Source: Thermotogota bacterium
GTDB taxonomy: Bacteria > Thermotogota > Thermotogae > Petrotogales > Kosmotogaceae
DNA length: 14,015 bases
Assembly: GCA_034660555.1 (NCBI GenBank)
Contig: JAYEJL010000073.1
Location: 1-14,015, forward strand
Reading direction: 5' to 3'
The position numbers and the translations under genes were made by a program. The notes below the pieces were generated by a model that saw only the letters and a program-made list of their open reading frames with translations, made no database searches and was not told where the DNA came from. Positions 1-8,296 of this stretch are shown here, one piece after another; positions within the stretch are counted from its first letter, which is position 1, and every line of letters starts with the position of its first letter.

Positions 1-201
1 AAATTATTAAGAAAAAACATATTATAACTAACCTAAAATTCAACGAACTACTCCCTTCAAGAAATCATAATTATTCAATACAATTATAACAACATTTAAT
101 TGCATAAGAACAACTCGTTTCTTAATACAGTAAACTGCATAGAACTATTTAGAATAATAAATTATCAGAGTTTGAAACGAAGTACAATAATGCAGAAAAA
201 T

Positions 202-229
202 AAAAAAAGGGCAAGGAAAACCTTGCCCT
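202..229 (-). terminator. Rho-independent terminator of hup
   Basis: Perfect 9-bp stem AGGGCAAGG (208-216) / CCTTGCCCT (221-229) with a 4-nt loop. A7 at 202-208 is a U-tract on the minus strand, just downstream of the hup stop (242-244). Confidence 0.9.
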
Positions 230-241
230 GTGGATGTAATA

Positions 242-514
242 CTACTTTACTTTCTTCTTCAGTTCTTTGCCAGGAACGAATTTCGGTACCTTTCCCCCTG
301 GAATTGTAATTGATTTCTTCGTTCTCGGATTTACACCTTTTCTAGCCTTTCTCTTTGCAACCTTAAATGTCCCAAATCCTACTAAACGGACCAGGTCGCC
401 TTTCGAAAGCTTCTCCTCAATAGTATCTATTATCGTGTCTAAAAGCTCTGTAGCTTCTTTCTTTGTAATGTCCGTTTTGTCAGCTAATGCATTTACCAGT
501 TCCTTCTTGTTCAT
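242..514 (-). CDS. hup: HU family DNA-binding protein (90 aa)
   Basis: MNKKELV...LVGFGTF...RKARKGVNPRT..SITIP..KVPKFVPGKELK is the HU signature. Start moved from the ORF track's 562 to ATG 514, which has GAAAGGGGGGG just upstream and gives the canonical 90 aa. Confidence 0.96.
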   Translation of the reverse strand: MNKKELVNALADKTDITKKEATELLDTIIDTIEEKLSKGDLVRLVGFGTFKVAKRKARKGVNPRTKKSITIPGGKVPKFVPGKELKKKVK

Positions 515-539
515 AATACCCCCCCTTTCAGATGGAATA

Positions 540-567
540 AATATACTATATTTTCCTTCCATTTCAA
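540..567 (-). promoter_or_regulatory. Putative sigma70-type promoter for hup
   Basis: Minus strand TTGAAA (567-562), 16-nt spacer, TATATT (545-540), upstream of the hup RBS. AT-rich background makes chance matches possible. Confidence 0.45.
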
Positions 568-663
568 AACAAGCTTATCATAGTTGTTTCGTTCTTTGCA
601 ACTTTTTAACAGGGTTCTGGTTTAATTCTGTTAAAATTAATTAAAAGTTATTTCTTAAAGCCA

Positions 664-704
664 TTTTAATGCTCATTTTATTGTTATATAATTGTCATGA
701 GCAT
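664..704 (+). promoter_or_regulatory. Putative promoter of the ABC operon with flanking inverted repeat
   Basis: TATAAT at 687-692 with a weak -35 (TTTTAA/TTTAAT, 664-670). 8-bp inverted repeat ATGCTCAT (669-676) / ATGAGCAT (697-704) brackets the -10. Confidence 0.4.
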
Positions 705-748
705 AATAGCGGTTATTCAATTAATTTTATAACAGGAGGTATCATATC

Positions 749-1675
749 ATGAAGAAAGTTCTTATGTTATTCATAGTTCTCATAATGTTATTTTCTCTTT
801 CCCTTGCAGCTCACACATTTATAAATCCACTTGGACCGACACTTCTTCCAATAGCTGAATTACTTACAGATAAGGGTGTAAGCGCGGGAGGCTTTGAAAT
901 CGAATTCTGGCGCTCGATAGATCAGGCCATTGCGGATATAGTCTCCAGAAAAGTAGAGGCTGCTCTTTTACCTGTAACTGTTGGAGGGCAACTGTCAGCT
1001 AAGGGCGTACCAATAAAACTGGCTGCGGTATCAATGTGGGATGGTTTTTATTTTGTATCAAAAGAGGAAATGACCGATGTAAAAGATCTTGAAGGAAAAA
1101 CCGTTTACACTCTTCAGGCACCGGGTCAAACAGCTGACGTAATTTTAAAAGGCTTACTGAAAAAGGAGAATATCGAAAACGTTAATATAGTATATGTTGC
1201 AGGACCGGAATCCGTTCAGCTTTTTGCAGCTGGAAAAGCTGAAATTTTGCTACTTCCTGAACCATTTGCATCACTGGCTGTAACGAAGGTCCCCGAAGCC
1301 GTAAAATCACTTCCTATTGAAAAAATGTGGAATGAATTGACAGGTAAAGACTTTTCAGTACCAACTTCAGGAATATTTGTTAGAACGAACCTAGAAACCA
1401 CAGTAGCGGATAGCTTTTTACTTTTATATGCACAGTCACTGGAGATGTCTTTGCAGAAACTGGATAAATCAGCTGCCTTCGTTTCTGAAAAAATGGGAGG
1501 ATTTCCAATTCCTGTATTGAAAAAGGCATTTTTATCAACAAAATATGAATTCAAAGCTGATAACGAAATGAGAGAAGCAGTAACCGAATACATAAAGAGT
1601 ATTAATGAAATTGATAATACGTTAATAGGCGACATTGATTTTGATGAGTTCTTCTATGAAAGTGAAGTATTTTAG
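749..1675 (+). CDS. ABC transporter substrate-binding protein, NitT/TauT (SsuA/THI5-like) type, substrate unknown
   Basis: RBS AGGAGGT at 734-740. Cys-less signal peptide MKKVLMLFIVLIMLFSLSLA. DVKDLEGKTVY and LLPEPFAS motifs are typical of this SBP class. Adjacent to permease and ATPase. Confidence 0.85.
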   Translation: MKKVLMLFIVLIMLFSLSLAAHTFINPLGPTLLPIAELLTDKGVSAGGFEIEFWRSIDQAIADIVSRKVEAALLPVTVGGQLSAKGVPIKLAAVSMWDGFYFVSKEEMTDVKDLEGKTVYTLQAPGQTADVILKGLLKKENIENVNIVYVAGPESVQLFAAGKAEILLLPEPFASLAVTKVPEAVKSLPIEKMWNELTGKDFSVPTSGIFVRTNLETTVADSFLLLYAQSLEMSLQKLDKSAAFVSEKMGGFPIPVLKKAFLSTKYEFKADNEMREAVTEYIKSINEIDNTLIGDIDFDEFFYESEVF

Positions 1676-2399
1676 ACTATGTGTTTCAATCGCAATAATA
1701 TTTAGCCTCTGGTTAACAGGCTCTTTTATAGTAGGCAATGATTTGCTTCTGCCAGGACCAGTTAAAACTATTCAGCGCCTGGCAGAATTATTCATAAGCG
1801 GCGAAATATTCTCGCCGCTTTTATTTACTACACTTAAAGCACTTGGAGGTTTATCACTTGCACTGTTTTTTTCGCTAATAATTGGTTTTGCAATGGGATT
1901 GATAGAAATCCTATATGAGATTTTCAAACCCATCATTATAACATTACAGGCAATTCCGATTGTGAGCTGGCTCGCACTCGCTATTTTATGGTGGGGTGTC
2001 GGTTTTCGCTCACCGCTTTACATAGTCTTTCTAACTCTTTTTCCAATAATTACACTAAACATTACTGAAGGGGTTAAGAATGTTGATAAAAAATTACTTG
2101 AAATGGCCCGGGTTTTTAACTTACCAAAGAAAATTGTGTTCAAAGATATTTACTTCGCTTCAGCTATGCCCTTCATTGTTTCATCTTTAAGAATAAGCTC
2201 TGGAATGATGTGGAAAACGGTAGCCGTAGCTGAATTTATGGTGGGCATTTCCGGACTGGGACGAATGATTTCTGACGCAAAATACGCACTAAACACAACA
2301 GATGTATTTGCTTTTACAGTAATACTTATCATTCTTGGAATTGTCAGTGAAATAATATTCGATAAACTTTCAAGAAGGATGATGGTTCGTGCTTCTTAA
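1656..2399 (+). CDS. ABC transporter permease, NitT/TauT (SsuC-like)
   Basis: Multiple TM segments; LLPGP, QAIPIVSW, EAA-like loop (NVDKKLLEMARVF) and VAVAEF. ATG 1656 overlapping the SBP end is preferred over TTG 1635; start is uncertain. Confidence 0.88.
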   Translation: MKVKYFRLCVSIAIIFSLWLTGSFIVGNDLLLPGPVKTIQRLAELFISGEIFSPLLFTTLKALGGLSLALFFSLIIGFAMGLIEILYEIFKPIIITLQAIPIVSWLALAILWWGVGFRSPLYIVFLTLFPIITLNITEGVKNVDKKLLEMARVFNLPKKIVFKDIYFASAMPFIVSSLRISSGMMWKTVAVAEFMVGISGLGRMISDAKYALNTTDVFAFTVILIILGIVSEIIFDKLSRRMMVRAS

Positions 2400-3069
2400 C
2401 ATCCAGGAAATTAATAAAGCTTTTGGAACACAAACTATAATTGAGAAATTCAGCCTTTCGCTTCAGGAAGGAGAATTTCTCTCCATACTTGGTAGCTCTG
2501 GTTGCGGAAAAACTACCCTATTAAGACTTGTGAGTAACCTCTTAAAACCTGATTCGGGAAAAATAGATAGAAATTATAAACGATTAGGTTTTGTTTTTCA
2601 GGACACAAGATTAATCCCATGGAAAAATGCCCTTTACAATGTCAGTGTGGTTTCAAGTGAATCAAAAGCTAAAATAATGCTTTCTGAAGTTGGGTTAATG
2701 GAACATCACAATAAATATCCAACAGAACTCAGTGGAGGGATGGAACGCAGGATTTCTCTGGCCAGAGCGTTATCCATAGAACCTCATCTGATTCTTCTCG
2801 ATGAACCTTTTGGATCCCTTGATATACTAACAAGGGAAGATATGATTAAACTTGTTCTCGAATTGTGGAAAAAACATAATTTCGCCGCAATTAATGTAAC
2901 CCATGATCCCTACGAAGCTGCTCGCCTTTCTACAAGAGTGCTTGTTGTTGGTAAACATTTCACAAAAACACAGATGCACGAGCTCGGGAGTCCTTTAGAC
3001 AGAAGTGAAACTGACAACGCAAATATCAGAAATGAATTATTGAAAACGCTTAAATCAGTGCTCGATTAA
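2389..3069 (+). CDS. ABC transporter ATP-binding protein, NitT/TauT (SsuB-like)
   Basis: Walker A GSSGCGKTT, Q-loop VFQD, signature LSGGM, Walker B/D-loop ILLDEPFGSLD, H-loop VTHD. GTG start overlaps the permease end. Confidence 0.92.
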   Translation: MLLNIQEINKAFGTQTIIEKFSLSLQEGEFLSILGSSGCGKTTLLRLVSNLLKPDSGKIDRNYKRLGFVFQDTRLIPWKNALYNVSVVSSESKAKIMLSEVGLMEHHNKYPTELSGGMERRISLARALSIEPHLILLDEPFGSLDILTREDMIKLVLELWKKHNFAAINVTHDPYEAARLSTRVLVVGKHFTKTQMHELGSPLDRSETDNANIRNELLKTLKSVLD

Positions 3070-3195
3070 TGTAGTCTCCTACTCTATTTGATAAATTAGT
3101 GGCTATTTCTTTAGAATTGCCTGTTGCTTATATTAAAATACCATTGACTCTAATCCAATTTCTGTTAAAATCGTTCGTGAGAAATTCATATTTCT

Positions 3196-3224
3196 TTGAC
3201 AATCTTATAGTATTATATTATTCT
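3196..3224 (+). promoter_or_regulatory. Sigma70-type promoter for the yceD-rpmF-plsX-glmS run
   Basis: Consensus TTGACA (3196-3201), 17-nt spacer, TATTCT (3219-3224), then RBS GAGGTGA (3234-3240) before ATG 3247. Confidence 0.7.
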
Positions 3225-3246
3225 GCTGGTCAAGAGGTGAAAGAAA

Positions 3247-3789
3247 ATGAAAACGAAAATCAAAGAACTAATCGTAGAACTGGATTCCTTTGAAAAGACG
3301 AAGCAACTGAGTGTAAGCTTTGAAAATATATACCCTGAGATTCGATGCGATGAACCCATCTACGTAGATGTATTTCTGTACAAAGAAAAAAACTCTGTAA
3401 TTGTTAGCGGAACAGTCAAAACAAAGGTTATTGAAAAGTGTGCCAGATGTTTGAAGGATGTTATTGTACCAATTAATGGAACTGTAGAGGCTGTTTATTT
3501 ACCAGCCAGAAAATTCTTCAAAGAAGTGGATAGCGGAGCTTCAGAGGACCTTGAAAACACATTACCCCTCGACAGTGATATACTGGACTTGTCAGAGCGC
3601 GTATTAGAGGCTATAATAGTAGAGATACCCTTTAAAGTACTCTGCTCTGAAAATTGCAGAGGATTATGTCCTATTTGCGGTATTAATCTAAACGAGAACC
3701 CTGATCATAATTGCGAACAGAAGAATGAAAGCAACGATAAATGGCATAAATTATTGAGCGATTTGAAGGAAAACATACGAAACGGATAG
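3247..3789 (+). CDS. yceD: DUF177/YceD family protein
   Basis: CARCL and P.KVLCSENCRGLCPICGINLN motifs; conserved position directly upstream of rpmF. Confidence 0.92.
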   Translation: MKTKIKELIVELDSFEKTKQLSVSFENIYPEIRCDEPIYVDVFLYKEKNSVIVSGTVKTKVIEKCARCLKDVIVPINGTVEAVYLPARKFFKEVDSGASEDLENTLPLDSDILDLSERVLEAIIVEIPFKVLCSENCRGLCPICGINLNENPDHNCEQKNESNDKWHKLLSDLKENIRNG

Positions 3790-3809
3790 TTTAGAACAGG
3801 AGGGACATC

Positions 3810-3992
3810 ATGGCTGTACCAAAGCAAAAACGTTCACGATCGAGAACACGATTGAAAAGAGCTAAAATTTACAGAGCAAAAAGTGTTGCAATTTCAACAT
3901 GCCCTAATTGCGGAGCTCCAAAAGAGCCTCACAGAGTATGTCTTAGTTGTGGATACTACGGAGGAAAGCAGATTCTAGAGATAGGTGAATAA
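3810..3992 (+). CDS. rpmF: 50S ribosomal protein L32 (Zn-ribbon form)
   Basis: MAVPKQKRSRSRT...CPNCG...PHRVCLSCGYY; RBS AGGAGG upstream. Confidence 0.98.
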   Translation: MAVPKQKRSRSRTRLKRAKIYRAKSVAISTCPNCGAPKEPHRVCLSCGYYGGKQILEIGE

Positions 3993-3993
3993 T

Positions 3994-4995
3994 ATGAAAA
4001 GGGTAACAATTGCCCTTGATGCATACGGTGGAGATCAGGCGCCAAAAATTAACATTGATGGCGCTATTTCGTTTTTAAATAGGGAATCCAAAAATGTTGA
4101 GATACTTCTTGTGGGAAAAGAAAACGAGCTCAAAGATCTTCTAAATGAGAAAGATTATACAGGTGAACAAATACACATAGTTGATGCACCTGATGTTTTT
4201 GGAATGGCTGAAAAACCTTCTCTCGCAATACGAAAGAAAAACACATCCTTGTATAAAACATCTCAGCTTGTAAAAGAAGGGAAAGCGAACGCTATGGTAT
4301 CAGCGGGAAACACCGGTGGTGTTCTCGCGGTTGCTCTGTTCGTGGTGGGAAGAATAAAAGGAATTGAAAGAGGTGCTATTGCAACACCTGTACCCTCAAA
4401 AAAAGGTTTTACGGTTTTGCTGGACTCGGGGGCAAATCTGGAGGTTAGAGCTTCTCACCTAAGAGATTTTGCAATTATGGGAACAGAATATGCCAGGATT
4501 TTGAAGATCAACAATCCAAAAGTTGGACTGTTAAATGTTGGAGAAGAAGATGAAAAGGGAACCGATCTGCTTAAAGAAACCTTTGCTCTACTCAAAGAGA
4601 GGTTTACAGATAGTTTCGTAGGAAACGTAGAAGGTAGGGATATTGTAGCAGGAGACGTAGACGTTATAGTTACTTCGGGACTGCTAGGCAATATCGCGAT
4701 AAAGTCGATAGAGGGAGCTGCCAAATATATATCAACGTTACTTAAAAGTGAAATAAAATCTTCAGGACCCCTGGGCTTATTGGGTGGAGCGTTATTAAAG
4801 GGTACCTTTGACAAACTAAGAAAGAAACTCGACCCAAATCAGTATGGTGGTGCCTTTGTACTGGGTGTGAATGGTATTGTGACTAAAGCACACGGGAGCT
4901 CAAACGCCACAGGTATTGAAAATGCCCTGAATGTCGCATATAAAGGAGTGACAGGTAACCTTGTGGATAAGCTTAAAGATAATCTCAGGAGTTAA
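3994..4995 (+). CDS. plsX: Phosphate acyltransferase PlsX
   Basis: IALDAYGGD, VSAGNTG, LLDSGAN, VGLLNVGEE..KG, GNVEGRD and KAHGSS motifs; follows rpmF. ATG 3994 is preceded by AGGTGA (GTG 3985 is an alternative start). Confidence 0.96.
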   Translation: MKRVTIALDAYGGDQAPKINIDGAISFLNRESKNVEILLVGKENELKDLLNEKDYTGEQIHIVDAPDVFGMAEKPSLAIRKKNTSLYKTSQLVKEGKANAMVSAGNTGGVLAVALFVVGRIKGIERGAIATPVPSKKGFTVLLDSGANLEVRASHLRDFAIMGTEYARILKINNPKVGLLNVGEEDEKGTDLLKETFALLKERFTDSFVGNVEGRDIVAGDVDVIVTSGLLGNIAIKSIEGAAKYISTLLKSEIKSSGPLGLLGGALLKGTFDKLRKKLDPNQYGGAFVLGVNGIVTKAHGSSNATGIENALNVAYKGVTGNLVDKLKDNLRS

Positions 4996-4998
4996 TCT

Positions 4999-6825
4999 AT
5001 GTGTGGAATTGTAGGAATGACCGGTAACGGAATAACTATTTCCAATCTGGTAGGTGCTTTAAAGAAGCTGGAGTATAGAGGTTACGATTCTGCAGGTGTT
5101 GCTTACCTTAACAATAATGAAGTAGAAATAATAAAATCAGTAGGAAAAATAAAAGAGCTGGTTAGCGAACTGGGAGAAGATATCAATATAAATATAGATA
5201 CCGGGATAGCCCATACACGATGGGCCACTCATGGTGCACCAAATGATGTCAACGCTCACCCTCATACAGATTGCACGGGAAAAATTGCTGTGGTGCATAA
5301 CGGTATTATCGAAAATTATGAAGAAATCAGACGCTATCTTAAGGATAAAGGACATAAGTTTGATTCTGAAACCGATACAGAAGTCATAGCCCATCTTGTA
5401 GAAGAATACTTCAATGGAGATCTGGTCGATGCTGTAAGACATGCTTTAGTTGACCTTGTTGGAGCTTACGCAATCGGTGTTATACACGCTGACAATGAAA
5501 AAGAGATTGTGGCTGCAAGAAAGGGGAGCCCTTTAGTTGTTGCATCCACCTCACAGGGCGGTTTTATCGCTTCTGATGTTACTCCACTACTATCATACTT
5601 GAATGATGTTTATTTCATGGAAGACGGCGATGTGGCTTTAGTAAGACCTGGCGAAGTTAGCTTTACAGGGATAGACGGTTCAAAACTAGACCGATCTCCA
5701 ACTCACATCTCATGGACTGAAGAAGCTGCAGAAAAGGGTGGATTCGCTCATTTCATGCTCAAAGAAATCTTTGAAGAGCCACATACTTTGAGAAATGCAA
5801 TGGCAGGCAGGATCAAGAACAACCTGGCATATTTTGAAGAACTGGAAAAAATGAAAGACCAAATAAAGAATGCAAAAACCGTTCAAATAGTTGCCTGCGG
5901 AACGAGTTATCATGCAGGTCTTGTTTTTAAAAGATTTCTTGAAGATTATGCCGGACTGACTGCAGAAATAGATGTAGCGTCAGAATTCAGATATCGTAAT
6001 ATACACATTGATGAAAATACACTGGTTTTCGCAATATCTCAATCTGGTGAAACCGCAGATACTTTAGAAGGAATCAGGCAGGTCAATTCGAGAAACGGCA
6101 AATCCATTTCCTTTACGAATGTCGTTGGATCAACCATTTCAAGAGAATCAGATACTGTCATATATTTGAATGCTGGCCCGGAAATAGGTGTTGCTGCTTC
6201 GAAGACCTATGTTTCTCAACTAATGGTTTTGCTTTTAACCGGTATATATATTTCATACTTGCGTGGTAACAATGTTGATAAATTGATATCACTAACAAAT
6301 GAGCTTGAAAGTATGCCAACACTGTTTGAAAATGTGTTGTCAAAGGCTGATTATATAACACAAGAACTGGCCAGGGAATATCACAAATATTTGCACTTTA
6401 TGTATATAGGACGTGGCTATAGCTACGCCACAGCCCTTGAGGGAGCTTTAAAGCTTAAAGAAATAAGTTACATTCATGCTTCAGGATACCAGTCAGGCGA
6501 ACTAAAGCATGGTCCCATAGCGTTGCTGGATGAAAATTTTCCTGTTTTTGCCATTGTGCCTGATGATAAACTAAAAGGAAAAACATTATCCAATGTTATG
6601 GAAACAAGAGCCCGTAACGCTAAAGTCGTTGCAATATGCTCGGAAAATGATAAGGATGTAAGTAGAGTCGTCAATAGCAGAATTGATACGCCTATTGTAA
6701 GTGAACCACTGTATCCTTTGATCATGTCACCCTATTTACAGCTATTCGCATATCACGTTGCAGTACTTAAAGGACACGATCCTGACAAACCGAGAAATCT
6801 TGCTAAAAGTGTGACAGTTGAATAG
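4999..6825 (+). CDS. glmS: Glutamine--fructose-6-phosphate aminotransferase (isomerizing)
   Basis: MCGIVG N-terminal nucleophile Cys, LEYRGYDSAG, HTRWATHG, HNGIIEN, SQSGETADT, GELKHGP, C-terminal PRNLAKSVTVE. Confidence 0.98.
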   Translation: MCGIVGMTGNGITISNLVGALKKLEYRGYDSAGVAYLNNNEVEIIKSVGKIKELVSELGEDININIDTGIAHTRWATHGAPNDVNAHPHTDCTGKIAVVHNGIIENYEEIRRYLKDKGHKFDSETDTEVIAHLVEEYFNGDLVDAVRHALVDLVGAYAIGVIHADNEKEIVAARKGSPLVVASTSQGGFIASDVTPLLSYLNDVYFMEDGDVALVRPGEVSFTGIDGSKLDRSPTHISWTEEAAEKGGFAHFMLKEIFEEPHTLRNAMAGRIKNNLAYFEELEKMKDQIKNAKTVQIVACGTSYHAGLVFKRFLEDYAGLTAEIDVASEFRYRNIHIDENTLVFAISQSGETADTLEGIRQVNSRNGKSISFTNVVGSTISRESDTVIYLNAGPEIGVAASKTYVSQLMVLLLTGIYISYLRGNNVDKLISLTNELESMPTLFENVLSKADYITQELAREYHKYLHFMYIGRGYSYATALEGALKLKEISYIHASGYQSGELKHGPIALLDENFPVFAIVPDDKLKGKTLSNVMETRARNAKVVAICSENDKDVSRVVNSRIDTPIVSEPLYPLIMSPYLQLFAYHVAVLKGHDPDKPRNLAKSVTVE

Positions 6826-6882
6826 ACTGTGCCTGAAGAAAAGATTATATAAATAGAACAATAATAATCGGGAGGTGAATTT

Positions 6883-7233
6883 TTGGATAAGGAGATTACT
6901 GATATCGTAGGTATACTTGATAACAATGAAGCTGAAGACGTTATGGTACTTGACGTACAAAAGGTATCCAATCTAACCAGTTATTTCATAATAGCCACCG
7001 CGAATTCTGATCCTCACATGGAAGCGCTTAGAGACAAAATATTAGAATATGTAAAAAAAGATAATATTCCTGTAATCTATTACGACCATGGTAAAGGTTA
7101 TGATTGGATGGTTGTTGATTGTGGATTCTTCATTGCACATCTCTTCAGCAAAAAAGGAAGAGATTTTTATTCGCTGGAAAATCTATGGCTCAACGCAAAA
7201 AGTTATAAATTGGAAGAAATACTAAATAAATAA
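6883..7233 (+). CDS. rsfS: Ribosome silencing factor RsfS (Iojap family)
   Basis: DVMVLDV, YFIIATANS, WMVVDCG...HLF...RDFYSLENLW pattern; TTG start with RBS GGAGGTGA at 6871-6878. Confidence 0.92.
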   Translation: MDKEITDIVGILDNNEAEDVMVLDVQKVSNLTSYFIIATANSDPHMEALRDKILEYVKKDNIPVIYYDHGKGYDWMVVDCGFFIAHLFSKKGRDFYSLENLWLNAKSYKLEEILNK

Positions 7234-7234
7234 T

Positions 7235-7308
7235 CCCACACAGTCTTATCACTGATAACCCCGGTGCCCACAATACGGGTCGGTTATCAACGGGCTGGAG
7301 GGAAAACC
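7235..7308 (+). ncRNA. Ribosomal protein S2 (rpsB) leader, cis-regulatory RNA (t44-like)
   Basis: 5' CACAC motif. Stems CAGTCT (7241-46)/GGGCTG (7292-97), TGATAACC (7253-60)/GGTTATCA (7282-89) and GCCC (7266-69)/GGGT (7277-80). GGAGG after the stem, and bulged GGT (7263-65) complementary to ACC (7306-08) as in the known S2-leader pseudoknot. Lies directly upstream of rpsB. Confidence 0.85.
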
Positions 7309-7327
7309 AAACGGAGGTGTTTTTTAA

Positions 7328-8182
7328 GTGCCAGTAGTTACAATGAAAAAACTGCTCGAAGCAGGAGTACATTTTGGACACAGAACAAGAAGATGGAATC
7401 CCAAAATGCAGCCCTACATTTATGGAGAAAGAAAGGGCATTTACATCGTTGATCTTCAGAAAACCCTTAAATGGATCGACCGGGTCTACGATTTCGTTAA
7501 ATCCAGGTCTCAGGAAAACGCTACGTTTCTCTTTGTGGGAACAAAGAGACAGGCCCAGGAAATTATTGAAGAAGAAGCAAATCGCTGTGGTGCTTTCTAT
7601 GTAAACAATAGATGGCTTGGTGGATTGTTGACGAATTTTGAAACAATACGAAAACGAACCAGTGCTTTAAAACGCTACGAAGAAATGGAAGAGACCGGAG
7701 AAATCGATAAAATGCCCAAAAAAGAGCAGAGTATGCTGAGAAGAGATTTCGATAAGCTGAGAAAAAATCTAAATGGTGTTAAAAATATGGAGAGATTACC
7801 TGATGTTGTTTTTGTAGTCGATACCCAAAAAGAAGAGATAGCAGTTGCAGAAGCCAACAAACTGGAAATTCCGGTTATCGGAATTGCTGATACCAACAGT
7901 GATCCCGATGTATTAGATTTTTTTATTCCAGGCAACGATGACGCCATAAGAGCAATAAAGCTTATCACAAGTATTATTTCTGATGCCATTCTTGAAGGCA
8001 GAGAAGGACTCGATACTGGTGCATCAGAAAAACCAAAAGAAACCACAGAAGAAAAACCAAAAGAAGAAGAAAAATCAGAAGACACGAAAGAGAAAAAAGA
8101 AGTAGCTGCAGCTGAAGAAGAGGCGTCAGGTAATTTGCCTGACGAAGACAGCGATCTCGATGAAGATGAAGATGAGTTATAA
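7328..8182 (+). CDS. rpsB: 30S ribosomal protein S2 with acidic C-terminal extension
   Basis: [43 protein letters not shown] and [10 protein letters not shown] motifs. GTG start with RBS GGAGGTG at 7313-7319. Confidence 0.98.
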   Translation: MPVVTMKKLLEAGVHFGHRTRRWNPKMQPYIYGERKGIYIVDLQKTLKWIDRVYDFVKSRSQENATFLFVGTKRQAQEIIEEEANRCGAFYVNNRWLGGLLTNFETIRKRTSALKRYEEMEETGEIDKMPKKEQSMLRRDFDKLRKNLNGVKNMERLPDVVFVVDTQKEEIAVAEANKLEIPVIGIADTNSDPDVLDFFIPGNDDAIRAIKLITSIISDAILEGREGLDTGASEKPKETTEEKPKEEEKSEDTKEKKEVAAAEEEASGNLPDEDSDLDEDEDEL

Positions 8183-8199
8183 TTGATCACAAAATAAAG

Positions 8200-8226
8200 A
8201 AGACTGCCTTAGGGCAGTCTTTTTTT
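8200..8226 (+). terminator. Rho-independent terminator after rpsB
   Basis: Stem AAGACTGCC (8200-08) / GGCAGTCTT (8213-21), loop TTAG, followed by a T-run to 8226. Confidence 0.9.
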
Positions 8227-8239
8227 ATAGTTTGATTTT

Positions 8240-8268
8240 CTGAAAAAAGCTGACAAATATAGTAAAAT
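8240..8268 (+). promoter_or_regulatory. Possible miaB promoter
   Basis: CTGAAA (8240-45), 17 nt, TAAAAT (8263-68), between the rpsB terminator and the miaB RBS (AGGAG 8284-88). Confidence 0.35.
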
Positions 8269-8296
8269 TTAAAGAGAAAAAACAGGAGAGATAATT

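Noticed and set aside
1..200. Very AT-rich stretch with loose GAAC(T/A)A motifs; possible origin, array or ORF 100-309
   Set aside because: No DnaA-box cluster or regular repeat that I can support. ORF 100-309 crosses the hup terminator and overlaps hup antisense.
515..562. 16-aa N-terminal extension of HU in the ORF track
   Set aside because: ATG 514 has a G-rich RBS and gives the canonical 90-aa HU. The extension overlaps the likely promoter and UTR.
3070..3195. Terminator or sRNA between the ABC ATPase and yceD; ORF 3099-3293
   Set aside because: Only short weak stems (e.g. GTAG/CTAC) without a convincing U-tract. The ORF overlaps the yceD promoter and start and has no support.
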